From assembly GCA_026390815.1 (NCBI GenBank), contig JAPLFH010000032.1, forward strand, positions 56,904-120,903: a stretch of 64,000 nt of DNA, in the 5' to 3' direction. This document shows positions 19,654 to 29,335 of this stretch, in pieces. Every line of letters begins with the position of its first letter. Within the stretch, counting starts at the first letter, position 1. Under the pieces are notes generated by a model that worked only from the letters and a program-made list of their open reading frames with translations, did no database searches and had not been told where the DNA came from. The DNA comes from Ignavibacteriales bacterium (GTDB lineage: Bacteria; Bacteroidota; Ignavibacteria; Ignavibacteriales; SURF-24). The position numbers and the translations under genes were made by a program.

Positions 19654-20240
19654 TTAAAGCCTGGTTATTACATTTCAACAACTCAATTAATCTTAAACAA
19701 TTCTGTCACCATTCTAAGGTTCTAACACTACTTTTCAGAATTCATTCTTAATGATAGACTACGTTGGAAAAAATTAATTTTCCGGTTCATTTAGTTGGAT
19801 TATTAAAACAATCACGGGTGCTATTTTAAGCAAAAGATATTGTTCACTTTTCATTCCAGGTAACTTTCCTGATTCAATTTTGGGAATTATTGGATTTATA
19901 TTTTTTAATGTTTATAATATAATTAAACAAGAACCTCTAAGCACTTGAGATTTAAGTTGCAATAAAATTGTAAATACGTAGTTCAATGATAGACACGATT
20001 ACTGTACAATGGAAAATAAAGAAGAGAGCAAATTCTTAGCAATAAAGAAAAATAAATATTTAGTCAAATTGGAGTAACCTTAAGAGCATGATGGTTTGAC
20101 AAAAACATTATCAACATTATTAAATGCATTAATTACAGATTTCAAATCTGAATTTGATTGAATCAACGGGTAATAGTACAAAGGGCTATAATTTGAATAT
20201 TAAAATAATTACTTCAAACTAACATAAAAAAAGGGCAACC

Positions 20241-23200
20241 ATGAAAAAGTATATTTCCATTACTCTGTCCACTTTTGTTCTGATTCTGTTATTAGGAACA
20301 AAAGTTTTTGCAATATCTAAAACAACTTCACAATCAGGCAATTGGAGTGCATCATCCACGTGGGGTGGCAACCCTTCTCCTGTAGCTGGTGATGATATAA
20401 TTATAGATGGCGGATTCACTGTAACAGTGGATATTCCCGATGCAGTTTGTTTAAGCATTCAACTCGGCGGTTCTGCACTTGGTCTTGGAACCGGAACACT
20501 TTTATTTACTGGTGGATCTCAGGTAACAGTATCAGGCGCTGTTTCAATTGGACCATTTAACAACAACAACACCGCAGGCAGTGTAATTATGTCTAATGGT
20601 GGTACACTTATTTGCGAGGGATTTATTGTAGGTAGGTTAGGAACTTGGACGCCTGGAACGGGAACCATTGAGTTGACGGCTACCAATACAATTCCTAATA
20701 ATAACAATATTATATTTAACAATCTTACAATAAGTAGCGGTATAACCACGCTCTCCCATAACGTAGATGTAAATGGTAACCTGTTAATCAATACAAGCGC
20801 AACGCTTAATGGTGGAGCTAATACATTAACGGTGGGAGGTGACTGGACGAACGATGGTTCATACGCTGGAAACACTGGTACTGTTACATTTAAAAAAACT
20901 GGTAATCCAACTATCTCAGGTACCGGAATAAACAATTTCAACCTCATAAGGGTAAACCTCGGTACAAGTATTAATAATACGCTGGAGGTATTGTCGTCAC
21001 ACTTTAATGCTCCTGATGGGTTTCTAACTCTTACTAATGGGACGTTCAAAATGTCCGGAACATTCACATTTACAAACACATTTCTTGTTGGACCAAGCTA
21101 TAATATTCAACCAACATCCGGGTTATGGATCAACAATCCGAATGTAACTGTAGTTGCTCAGGCTGGTGGAATCTCTTTAAGAGGATTGTTAAGAATTTCT
21201 GCAGGAACATATAACATCGGAACAGGTATAGACAACTCTCTTACATATGTTACAGGTTCATCTATCATTATCGAAGGTGGATCACTTCACATTGCAGGTC
21301 GGTTAAATGGAAATAATTCAACCGCTACCACTACCTATAATCAAAGCGATGGGGTGGTATCTGTCGTAGAACAGGGTTCCACTGATCCAGTATTTGCTGG
21401 TTTTGATCTTAGTGTTGTAGGCTCTTCATTTACAATGGCTGGTGGTAATATAATCTTGAGAAATGCAACAAGTGCCCCAACAGATTACCTTAATAATTCA
21501 TCAGTCGCGATTGTTACCGGAGGTACACTTCAGATAGGTGATGCAGGTAGTTTAAATGCCCAGGTTATACGCATTCAGAGCCCTCGTCCAATTGGCAATC
21601 TTCTTGTCTTCAATGCAACAGCACAACTTGTTAGTTCAAGTATTAGCGTTGTTAACAATGTTACTGTACAAACAGGAAGAACACTCAATGCAAATGGATT
21701 CAATATATCGTTGGGCGGAGATTGGTTTAACATCGGTACATTCATAGCCGGTGGCAATACCGTAACGTTCAATGGATCTGTAGCTCAAACACTAACTAAC
21801 CCCAGTGGAGAGCAACTCAACAACCTCACAATCAATAAAACAGCAGACACCCTAACACTGAAAAATTCCATAACAGTCAATAATACATTTAACCTTGCCC
21901 AAGGTACAATTGAAGTAGGCAACCATACTTTAACACTTAACAATACTGTAAATGGAGCTGGAACACTGATAAGTGCAGGCATTGGTATTGTCAACTATAA
22001 TCAGGGCAGTCCAGGGCAAAACATTCTTGCAGCCAACTATGGTAACCTTGTATTCAGCAACTTCATTAAGACACTTGCACCATCGGGTATAATTAGTATT
22101 TCAGGAACGTTTACACCAGGATCTTTAAGTGGGCACACGGTTACGGGCAGTACGCTGAACTTTAATGGAAGTTCTCAAGATATCCCGGCTTTCATTTACA
22201 ACAATCTTATTATTAGTGGTAGTGGTATAAATACAGGCTCCGGAACTATTACAGTTGGTGGAAACCTGACTATCAACTCTGGGGTCACTTTCTCCGGTAC
22301 ATCTACACTTAATCTCAATGGTTCAGTTCACACAAATGATGGTACACTAATTACTTCAACGCTCTCAGTTGGACCTGGTGCTGTATTTACAAACAATGGA
22401 ACTACTTCAGTCAGCTTAGCGCTAAATGGAGCCGGCACACTTACACAAGGATCTGCCGGAATACTTAACATTGGTGGTACAGTTGGAATTAACACTCTTA
22501 ATGCTTCATCCTCTGGTAGCTCCATAAATTACACTGGTAATGGACAGACAATTGTTCCTGTAGTTTACTACAACCTAACACTTTCTGGATCGGGAACACC
22601 TATTCTTACTGGATTAAACACAATAATTGGAAATTTCACTCTCTTGGGTAGTGTAACTCCCGTAGCTGCAACGGGAATAACCATGGGTGGAAATTTTTCA
22701 ATTAACTCCGGGACGTCGTTCGATGCAGGTAGTTTCTCTCACTCACTTGCAGGCAACTTTAACAGCTCAGGAACATTCATCGCAGGTACCAGCACATTTA
22801 CTTTGAGTGGTACGAGTGCCCAGACTATTAGTGGATCTACATTTTATAATCTGTCAATTGCTAACTCTTCAGGTGTAACAATCACAAGTGATGAAACCGT
22901 AAACAATACACTCTCACTTGTTAATGGTTCCATATCTATTGGGGCTCACACGCTCAACCTCAATGGATCTCTTTCATTCGGAACGGGCTCACTGGTTGGT
23001 GGTTCATCTTCAAATATAGCAATTGGCGGTTCTGGCACCAGTACAATTCTGCCAACCATTACTTTGAACAATCTCTCACTTAATCGAAGCAGCGGTAGTT
23101 CATTAACCGGAGATATTACAATTAATGGAAATCTAACAATCGCCAACGGCACTTTAACAACGAATGACCATATCATCACTCTTGCACAAAGTGGAATTCT

Positions 23201-24857
23201 TTCTGAAGTTGCCGGACAACCGGTTATTGGCAATATCAGCACGACTCGGAATATCACTGCAACATCCGGCATAGAATCTTTTGGGAATATTGGAGCTGAC
23301 ATAGTGTTGAACGGTATTGCACTTGGTAATACGACAGTCTTAAGGAAAACCGGCATAACATCTACTGGAAATGGACACAACTCAATCAAGCGGTCTTTCG
23401 AAATTGTTCCAGCTACCAACACCGGATTAAATGCAGGTTTAATATTTCATTTCGATTCAACTGAATTGAATGGGCAAAATTCCAGTGCACTTGAACTTTA
23501 TATGTCTAGAGACAATGGGACTACATGGAATAATAATGGAGGAACCGTAGATTTATTGTTAAACGCTATTAGCATAACAGGAGTTAATGATTTTTCTCAC
23601 TGGACTGCCTCGGATACGACTAATCGAATTGGCAATACTCCTACTCCTGCAACGTTCTCCATCAACCCGGCAGCAGCAACCATTGGCGATCCAGGTTTTA
23701 GTATAACGGTTAATGGTGTAAATTTCGTCAATGGCAAATCCGTCATTCGGTTTAATAGTAATAATAAGACAACAACGTTTATAAGCAGCACACAATTAGT
23801 TGCATCAATTCCTACAAGTGATCTTCAAATCGCAGGAACATTTCCAGTAACGGTCTTTAATATTGATGGTGGTGGATTATCTAATTTGCAACCATTCACA
23901 GTAGCTTCTCTGCCACCTACAAAGATTAGTGTGGAAACACTTGCAGATGGATCAGGAATAATTGTTCCTCCACAGGCACTGCCATCAGGGTCATCAATCA
24001 CAGTTTATGCTATTTCAAGAGACGCTTTAAACCACTTTGTTGCAAATGTAGCAGCCGATGAATGGGCTCTGGAAAACATTTCGGGTGGTGTTGTATTATC
24101 TGATCTGGTACCATCTCCTGATAAAAAAAATGCTGTGTTATCGGGGCATTTGATTGGTGCTGCCACTATAAAATCCACTTCCGGTCCATTGGTTACAATT
24201 CCATCGGGGACAGTAACAGTTACGCAAGGTACAGTGGCTAAAATAAGAGTTGAGACTGCTGCAGATGGCTCTGGGGTGGTGGTTCCCGCAGATACATTGA
24301 TCTCAGGATCTTCAATAACTGTTTACTCAATTGCAAGAGATAGCTTTGACAATTTTATTGAAAATGTTGCCGCTGATGCATGGAGCCTCGAGAATATCAA
24401 TGGTGGTATTGTTGCTTCCGATCTGGTTGCTGCAATTAATGGAAGGAGCGCAGAATTCAATAGCCATTCTTCAGGCAGCGCTAACATAAAGGCAACATCT
24501 GGGGCTTTAACTATTATTACGTCTGGTACAATCTCCGTCGTACAACCTACAGGAATAGAAAAAGGAGAACAACCCATCTCATTTGCGTTGATGCAGAACT
24601 ATCCAAATCCATTTAATCCATCTACAACTATAAAATATGCATTACCAAACGAAAGCAAAGTTGTGTTATACATTTACAATATTTTTGGCGAACAGGTTGC
24701 GGAGCTTGTAAATGAAATTCAACCAGCTGGTTATTACAATAAAAAGTGGTCAGCAGAAAATTTATCAAGCGGAATTTACCTTGTTAGAATAAATGCGAAA
24801 GCAATTGGTAAAGAAGAAAATTATAATAAGATTATAAAGATGCAGCTTGTAAAGTAA
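20241..24857 (+). CDS. Giant secreted beta-helix/adhesin-like protein (1538 aa) with two tandem Big/IPT-like domain pairs and a T9SS C-terminal sorting domain.
   Basis: Signal peptide present. The body is Gly/Thr/Asn-rich with about 20-residue pseudo-repeats (GG.LT.N..GT..., NGS). ...ADGSG..VP......SGSSITVY.I.RD...NF..NVAAD.W.LENI.GG... is duplicated. C-terminus MQNYPNPFNPSTTIKY...KMQLVK. Confidence 0.75.
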   Translation: MKKYISITLSTFVLILLLGTKVFAISKTTSQSGNWSASSTWGGNPSPVAGDDIIIDGGFTVTVDIPDAVCLSIQLGGSALGLGTGTLLFTGGSQVTVSGAVSIGPFNNNNTAGSVIMSNGGTLICEGFIVGRLGTWTPGTGTIELTATNTIPNNNNIIFNNLTISSGITTLSHNVDVNGNLLINTSATLNGGANTLTVGGDWTNDGSYAGNTGTVTFKKTGNPTISGTGINNFNLIRVNLGTSINNTLEVLSSHFNAPDGFLTLTNGTFKMSGTFTFTNTFLVGPSYNIQPTSGLWINNPNVTVVAQAGGISLRGLLRISAGTYNIGTGIDNSLTYVTGSSIIIEGGSLHIAGRLNGNNSTATTTYNQSDGVVSVVEQGSTDPVFAGFDLSVVGSSFTMAGGNIILRNATSAPTDYLNNSSVAIVTGGTLQIGDAGSLNAQVIRIQSPRPIGNLLVFNATAQLVSSSISVVNNVTVQTGRTLNANGFNISLGGDWFNIGTFIAGGNTVTFNGSVAQTLTNPSGEQLNNLTINKTADTLTLKNSITVNNTFNLAQGTIEVGNHTLTLNNTVNGAGTLISAGIGIVNYNQGSPGQNILAANYGNLVFSNFIKTLAPSGIISISGTFTPGSLSGHTVTGSTLNFNGSSQDIPAFIYNNLIISGSGINTGSGTITVGGNLTINSGVTFSGTSTLNLNGSVHTNDGTLITSTLSVGPGAVFTNNGTTSVSLALNGAGTLTQGSAGILNIGGTVGINTLNASSSGSSINYTGNGQTIVPVVYYNLTLSGSGTPILTGLNTIIGNFTLLGSVTPVAATGITMGGNFSINSGTSFDAGSFSHSLAGNFNSSGTFIAGTSTFTLSGTSAQTISGSTFYNLSIANSSGVTITSDETVNNTLSLVNGSISIGAHTLNLNGSLSFGTGSLVGGSSSNIAIGGSGTSTILPTITLNNLSLNRSSGSSLTGDITINGNLTIANGTLTTNDHIITLAQSGILSEVAGQPVIGNISTTRNITATSGIESFGNIGADIVLNGIALGNTTVLRKTGITSTGNGHNSIKRSFEIVPATNTGLNAGLIFHFDSTELNGQNSSALELYMSRDNGTTWNNNGGTVDLLLNAISITGVNDFSHWTASDTTNRIGNTPTPATFSINPAAATIGDPGFSITVNGVNFVNGKSVIRFNSNNKTTTFISSTQLVASIPTSDLQIAGTFPVTVFNIDGGGLSNLQPFTVASLPPTKISVETLADGSGIIVPPQALPSGSSITVYAISRDALNHFVANVAADEWALENISGGVVLSDLVPSPDKKNAVLSGHLIGAATIKSTSGPLVTIPSGTVTVTQGTVAKIRVETAADGSGVVVPADTLISGSSITVYSIARDSFDNFIENVAADAWSLENINGGIVASDLVAAINGRSAEFNSHSSGSANIKATSGALTIITSGTISVVQPTGIEKGEQPISFALMQNYPNPFNPSTTIKYALPNESKVVLYIYNIFGEQVAELVNEIQPAGYYNKKWSAENLSSGIYLVRINAKAIGKEENYNKIIKMQLVK

Positions 24858-24879
24858 TTTATAATGAAGAATGGATAAT

Positions 24880-24911
24880 GTATAATGAGGATGAGTTTTT
24901 CCTCATTATAC
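24880..24911. terminator. Bidirectional terminator hairpin gtataatgagg-atgagttttt-cctcattatac between convergent genes. The same element recurs at 47735-47770.
   Basis: 11-13-bp perfect stem with a T-rich loop and flank. Both flanking genes end here. Confidence 0.65.
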
Positions 24912-24949
24912 ATTGCTAATTATAAATTATACATTCACCGTAAAATCGA

Positions 24950-27535
24950 TTAAATAAAATTCAGGACTATCTCTTCCACCTTGTGCAATGCTTCATCAAT
25001 CTTTGTAACATCTTTTCCGCCAGCAGTAGCAAGATGAGGTCGTCCGCCGCCGGCGCCGCCAACTATCTTTGCTATTTCACCAACAATTTTACCCGCGGTT
25101 AATTTCTTTTCTTTAATCAGTCCATCAGAAACCACGCATACAATTCCAACTTTTCCTTCTATCTCACTAATCAAAACACCAACACCTTCCTTCATCTTGG
25201 AACGAAGTTCATCACCAAAGGATTTTAGTTCATCCATATTTAATGCATCAACTTTACCGGTATATATTTTCAATCCCCTGATATTATTTGGTTCACCAAG
25301 TATCTCGCTTATAATTTCCAATTTACTTTCAAGACTTAATTCAGCTAATTCTTTTTCAAGTTTTTTCTTTTCTTCTAAAAGATGAATGGCTTTAGCTTCT
25401 TCTTTCTTAATTTCTTCAGTTAATTGATTGATATATAACTCAACTCCTCTTCCGGTCACGGCTTCAATTCTTCTAACTCCGCTCGCGATGGAAGATTCGC
25501 TTACAATTTTCAGCAATCCAATTTGAGAAGTATTCTTAACGTGTGTACCTCCGCAAAATTCCATACTGTACTCGCCGAACTGAACAACATTAACCTTATC
25601 ACCATACTTATCGCCAAAGAACATCAGCGCTCCCATCTTCTTTGCATTATCAAACGGGATTGCCCGGTGATGTGTTAAATCCACATTGCTTCTTATCTCT
25701 TCGTTAACCATCGATTCAATCTGGTTCAATTCAGCTTCACTTAGTTTTGAGTAATGTGAGAAATCGAAACGAAGCCTGTCCGGTCCAACATACGAACCGG
25801 ATTGATGAACGTGCGTACCAAGAACTTTTCGTAATGCAGCGTGGAGCAGATGAGTGGCAGAATGATTTCGCATGATGTCCCATCTTCGTTTTTCATCAAC
25901 TTCAACCATTACTTCCATTCCAACGGAAAGAGGAATTTCTTCTGCATTCTCCGCAACATGAATCACATAATCATTCAACTTTATTAAATCAATTACCTTT
26001 AGTTTACTTCCACCGATTGTTATCGTTCCGAGATCATCAATTTGACCACCTGATTCAACATAGTAAGGAGTTTTATCTAAAATGATCAACGCTTTATCTT
26101 CTTCTTTTTTATAACCAATAATTTTTGCCTGCACTTCAAACTCATCAAAACCAACAAATTCTGTTGAAGAGTTTTCAATCAGATCAAATGAATCAAGATT
26201 GCTTATAATAACATTGGCTGCAGCAAATTTGTCTTTAGAAGATTCTCTTGCTCTTGTTTTTTGATCTGCCATTAATTCATTAAAGCGAGCTTCATCAATC
26301 AAAAGATTTATTTCCCTTGCCATAACATTTGTAAGATCAATAGGAAATCCATAAGTATCATAAAGCAGGAACACATCTTCTCCGCTTATTATTTTTTGTT
26401 TATTAGCTTCAACCTTCAAGGCGATCTTTTCAAAAAGATCAATTCCTCTATCGAGAGTAACATTAAAACTTTCTTCTTCACCTTTAATAATTTTTTCTAT
26501 GTAGCTTTGTTTGTGTTTAAGTTCCGGGAAAACACCGGACATATATTCAACCAGAACTTTAACAAGTTGGTAAATGAATGGTTTATCCAGATTAAGTTTT
26601 CTTCCGTAGCGGGCAGCTCTTCTTAAAATTCTTCTTAACACATAACCTCTGCCATCATTCCCGGGATTGGCGCCGTCCGCAATTGCAAATGAAAGCATTC
26701 TTAAATGATCGGCAATTACGCGCATCGGGATTTTATGTTCCTCGCTGTCATAATTAATTCCAGCCATAGCCGAGATCGCTTCAATGATTGGTGAGAAAAC
26801 ATCTGTATCGTAGTTGGAAGATTTATTCTGCAGAACAGCGCAAATTCTTTCAAAGCCCATTCCGGTATCAATATGTTTTAAAGTAAGTTCGTGGAGTGTA
26901 CCTTCTTTATCCCGGTTATATTGAATGAAAACCAAATTCCAGATCTCAATACATTCCGGTACACCGGCATTCACAAATTTCGGATTATCATAATCATCGC
27001 TTAGATTAAAATGAATTTCTGAACATGGTCCGCAGGGACCGGTTTCCCCCATCTCCCAAAAATTATCCTTCTCATCAAAATGAAGAATATGATTTGGATT
27101 TATATCGGTTTTGTTTTTCCATATTTCATATGCTTCATTATCAGTCCTGTATACAGTAGCCCACAATCTTTCCTTTGGAAGTTTCCAGACAGCTGTAAGT
27201 AATTCCCACGCCCAGGTAATCGCTTCTTCCTTGTAGTAATCACCGAAGGACCAGTTGCCAAGCATCTCAAAAAAAGTATGATGGTAAGTATCGTAGCCTA
27301 CTTCTTCCAGATCGTTATGCTTGCCGCTTACCCGGATACATTTTTGTGTATCCGCCGCACGTTTATATTTTCTTGTTCCCGCACCAAGGAATACATCCTT
27401 AAACTGGTTCATTCCTGCATTTGTAAAAAGTAAAGTCGGATCATCGAATGGAACAACCGGCGAGGACGGTACAATACGATGTTCTTTATTCTTAAAAAAA
27501 TCTAAAAACTGCTGCCTGATCTCTGATGATGTCAT
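24950..27535 (-). CDS. alaS: Alanine--tRNA ligase (alanyl-tRNA synthetase).
   Basis: N-terminus MTSSEIRQQFLDFFKNKEHRIVPSSPVVP..DPTLLFTNAGMNQFK is canonical AlaRS. The editing-domain zinc motif is HSATHLLHAALRKVLG...CGGTH. A C-terminal DHHA1-like region is present. Length 861 aa. Confidence 0.95.
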   Translation of the reverse strand: MTSSEIRQQFLDFFKNKEHRIVPSSPVVPFDDPTLLFTNAGMNQFKDVFLGAGTRKYKRAADTQKCIRVSGKHNDLEEVGYDTYHHTFFEMLGNWSFGDYYKEEAITWAWELLTAVWKLPKERLWATVYRTDNEAYEIWKNKTDINPNHILHFDEKDNFWEMGETGPCGPCSEIHFNLSDDYDNPKFVNAGVPECIEIWNLVFIQYNRDKEGTLHELTLKHIDTGMGFERICAVLQNKSSNYDTDVFSPIIEAISAMAGINYDSEEHKIPMRVIADHLRMLSFAIADGANPGNDGRGYVLRRILRRAARYGRKLNLDKPFIYQLVKVLVEYMSGVFPELKHKQSYIEKIIKGEEESFNVTLDRGIDLFEKIALKVEANKQKIISGEDVFLLYDTYGFPIDLTNVMAREINLLIDEARFNELMADQKTRARESSKDKFAAANVIISNLDSFDLIENSSTEFVGFDEFEVQAKIIGYKKEEDKALIILDKTPYYVESGGQIDDLGTITIGGSKLKVIDLIKLNDYVIHVAENAEEIPLSVGMEVMVEVDEKRRWDIMRNHSATHLLHAALRKVLGTHVHQSGSYVGPDRLRFDFSHYSKLSEAELNQIESMVNEEIRSNVDLTHHRAIPFDNAKKMGALMFFGDKYGDKVNVVQFGEYSMEFCGGTHVKNTSQIGLLKIVSESSIASGVRRIEAVTGRGVELYINQLTEEIKKEEAKAIHLLEEKKKLEKELAELSLESKLEIISEILGEPNNIRGLKIYTGKVDALNMDELKSFGDELRSKMKEGVGVLISEIEGKVGIVCVVSDGLIKEKKLTAGKIVGEIAKIVGGAGGGRPHLATAGGKDVTKIDEALHKVEEIVLNFI

Positions 27536-27614
27536 AATTCCTTAGTATTAATTATTGATTAACTGGTCTCAAATATAATAAAAACAGGAGTAAAGGCGAA
27601 GACGTGGAATTAAG

Positions 27615-27656
27615 CACCAAAGAACAAATACTAAATAACAAACACCAAAGAACAAA
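27615..27656. promoter_or_regulatory. Two copies of the 14-bp direct repeat caccaaagaacaaa (27615-27628 and 27643-27656) in the alaS 5' region.
   Basis: Exact repeat 80-120 nt upstream of the alaS start on the minus strand. Confidence 0.3.
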
Positions 27657-27773
27657 CAAATACAAAATTTCAAATTACAAAAATCAATCGTACATCGTTT
27701 GCGTGTATGCGATGTTGCGATAGCAATATGGGTGAAACAAAGTGGAACCGCATACACACTGTTATGTTAAATG

Positions 27774-28355
27774 CTAATTTTGCGATTCATAATATTCCTT
27801 TGCTTTCTTAGTAACAGACAAGATGAAGTTGCTTTTTTCTTCTGTGTATTTTACTCTGTTGTTTGCATATTCTACTGACAACTTTCTCTTTAATTCATCA
27901 TAGCGTTTCGCTTCCGCAGGAAATTGCCGAAGATAATCTCTGAAATAAAGCCTATCCCATAATTCAGAATCTGCCTCTGCCATATGAATGTGATGTGTAC
28001 GTTTGCCTTCTAAATTTCGCTTGATGAACCAAGCGTAGTACGGTGGACCATCATCACCAAAAGCTGGGCGCCAAAAGTATTCATAACCTTCAGCTTCCAA
28101 AATAGGTACAATTTGCTTTTTTGTATCTTCTAAACTTGTAACTTCCACCAGAATATCAATAATTGGTTTTGCAGAAAGACCAGGGACCGCCGTACTACCA
28201 AAATGCTCAATTCTTTTAACGATATTCTTGGGCAATTTCCTGCGTAAAAAAGCGGCTTCATCTTCAAACATTTTTGACCACGACAAATTATAAGGAACGA
28301 TAAATATTTCCTCTTTCACTAATTCCTGGATACGTTTTAGCTTTTTTTCATCCAT
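27774..28355 (-). CDS. GrpB-family (UPF0157) nucleotidyltransferase-fold protein.
   Basis: HFGSTAVPGLSAKPIIDILVEV is the hallmark GrpB motif. Length 193 aa. Confidence 0.75.
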   Translation of the reverse strand: MDEKKLKRIQELVKEEIFIVPYNLSWSKMFEDEAAFLRRKLPKNIVKRIEHFGSTAVPGLSAKPIIDILVEVTSLEDTKKQIVPILEAEGYEYFWRPAFGDDGPPYYAWFIKRNLEGKRTHHIHMAEADSELWDRLYFRDYLRQFPAEAKRYDELKRKLSVEYANNRVKYTEEKSNFILSVTKKAKEYYESQN

Positions 28356-28458
28356 ATTAATTAAGCAAAATTAACATTTCACATAAATTTTGGTTTGCGA
28401 AATTGGAATTTGATCTTTGTTGTTTATTCCGGAATCAGGATTTATTATTCTCAAACAC

Positions 28459-29238
28459 TCAATCTCTATGTACAACTGTTGCAGAAGCCTGCCTTGCCGG
28501 AAGAATAATTATTTCTGCAAGATTGATATGTGCCGGTCTTGTTACAATGAAAATTATCGTTTCAGCAATATCTTTTCCGGTTAGTGGCTGTAATCCTTTG
28601 TAAACGTTCTTTGCTTTTTCTTCATCTCCGTGGAAGCGGATATTGCTGAAGTTTGTTTCAACTAATCCAGGATCGATTGTACTTACTCTTATGTTTTTAT
28701 CTACCAGATCCATTCTTAAAGATTTTGTGATTGCATCCACAGCATGTTTGGTTCCGCAGTAAACTCCTCCTTTGGGATAAGCTTCGTGTCCTGCAATTGA
28801 GCCGATGTTTATTATATGTCCGTTCATTCTTTCAACCATGCCGGGTGTAACAGCGCGCGTTACATAAAGCAAGCCTTTTACGTTGGTATCTATCATTTCT
28901 TCCCAGTTATTAAAATCATCCTCAAAAAGTTTTGCCAATCCGCGGGCTAAACCGGCATTGTTAATCAGAATATCAATTTGCTTAAACTCTTCCGGCAATG
29001 AATCAACGAAGCTGTCAACTTCATTTTTATTTCGAACATCTACTTTATCAAAATGGATTTTGATGCCATATTCTTTCTTTAATTCTTCAGCAAACTCAGT
29101 TAGAAGATTTAATCTTCTTGCACAAAGGATTAAATTAGCGCCAGCTTTGGCAAACTCAATAGCGCACGCTTTTCCGATTCCAGATGTTGCACCCGTTATA
29201 AATACAATTTTGTTTTTAAGTGATTCCATAATTCCCAT
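28459..29238 (-). CDS. Short-chain dehydrogenase/reductase (SDR) family NAD(P)-dependent oxidoreductase (YdfG-like).
   Basis: TGATSGIGKA cofactor motif, NNAG, and a catalytic YCGTKHAV (YxxxK). Confidence 0.85.
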   Translation of the reverse strand: MGIMESLKNKIVFITGATSGIGKACAIEFAKAGANLILCARRLNLLTEFAEELKKEYGIKIHFDKVDVRNKNEVDSFVDSLPEEFKQIDILINNAGLARGLAKLFEDDFNNWEEMIDTNVKGLLYVTRAVTPGMVERMNGHIINIGSIAGHEAYPKGGVYCGTKHAVDAITKSLRMDLVDKNIRVSTIDPGLVETNFSNIRFHGDEEKAKNVYKGLQPLTGKDIAETIIFIVTRPAHINLAEIIILPARQASATVVHRD

Positions 29239-29303
29239 AAAATTGATTTGATAATATATTTAAACCCACGAATGAATAAGTGGTCTGCTTTTCCCATCAA
29301 CTA

Positions 29304-29325
29304 CCTGCCTTTGCCGGCAGGCAGG
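29304..29325. repeat. GC-rich palindromic element cctgcctttgccggcaggcagg, the reverse complement of the 14468 element, immediately 3' of the fusion gene.
   Basis: Exact 22-bp inverse match. Confidence 0.7.
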
Positions 29326-29335
29326 TCTTCCATCC

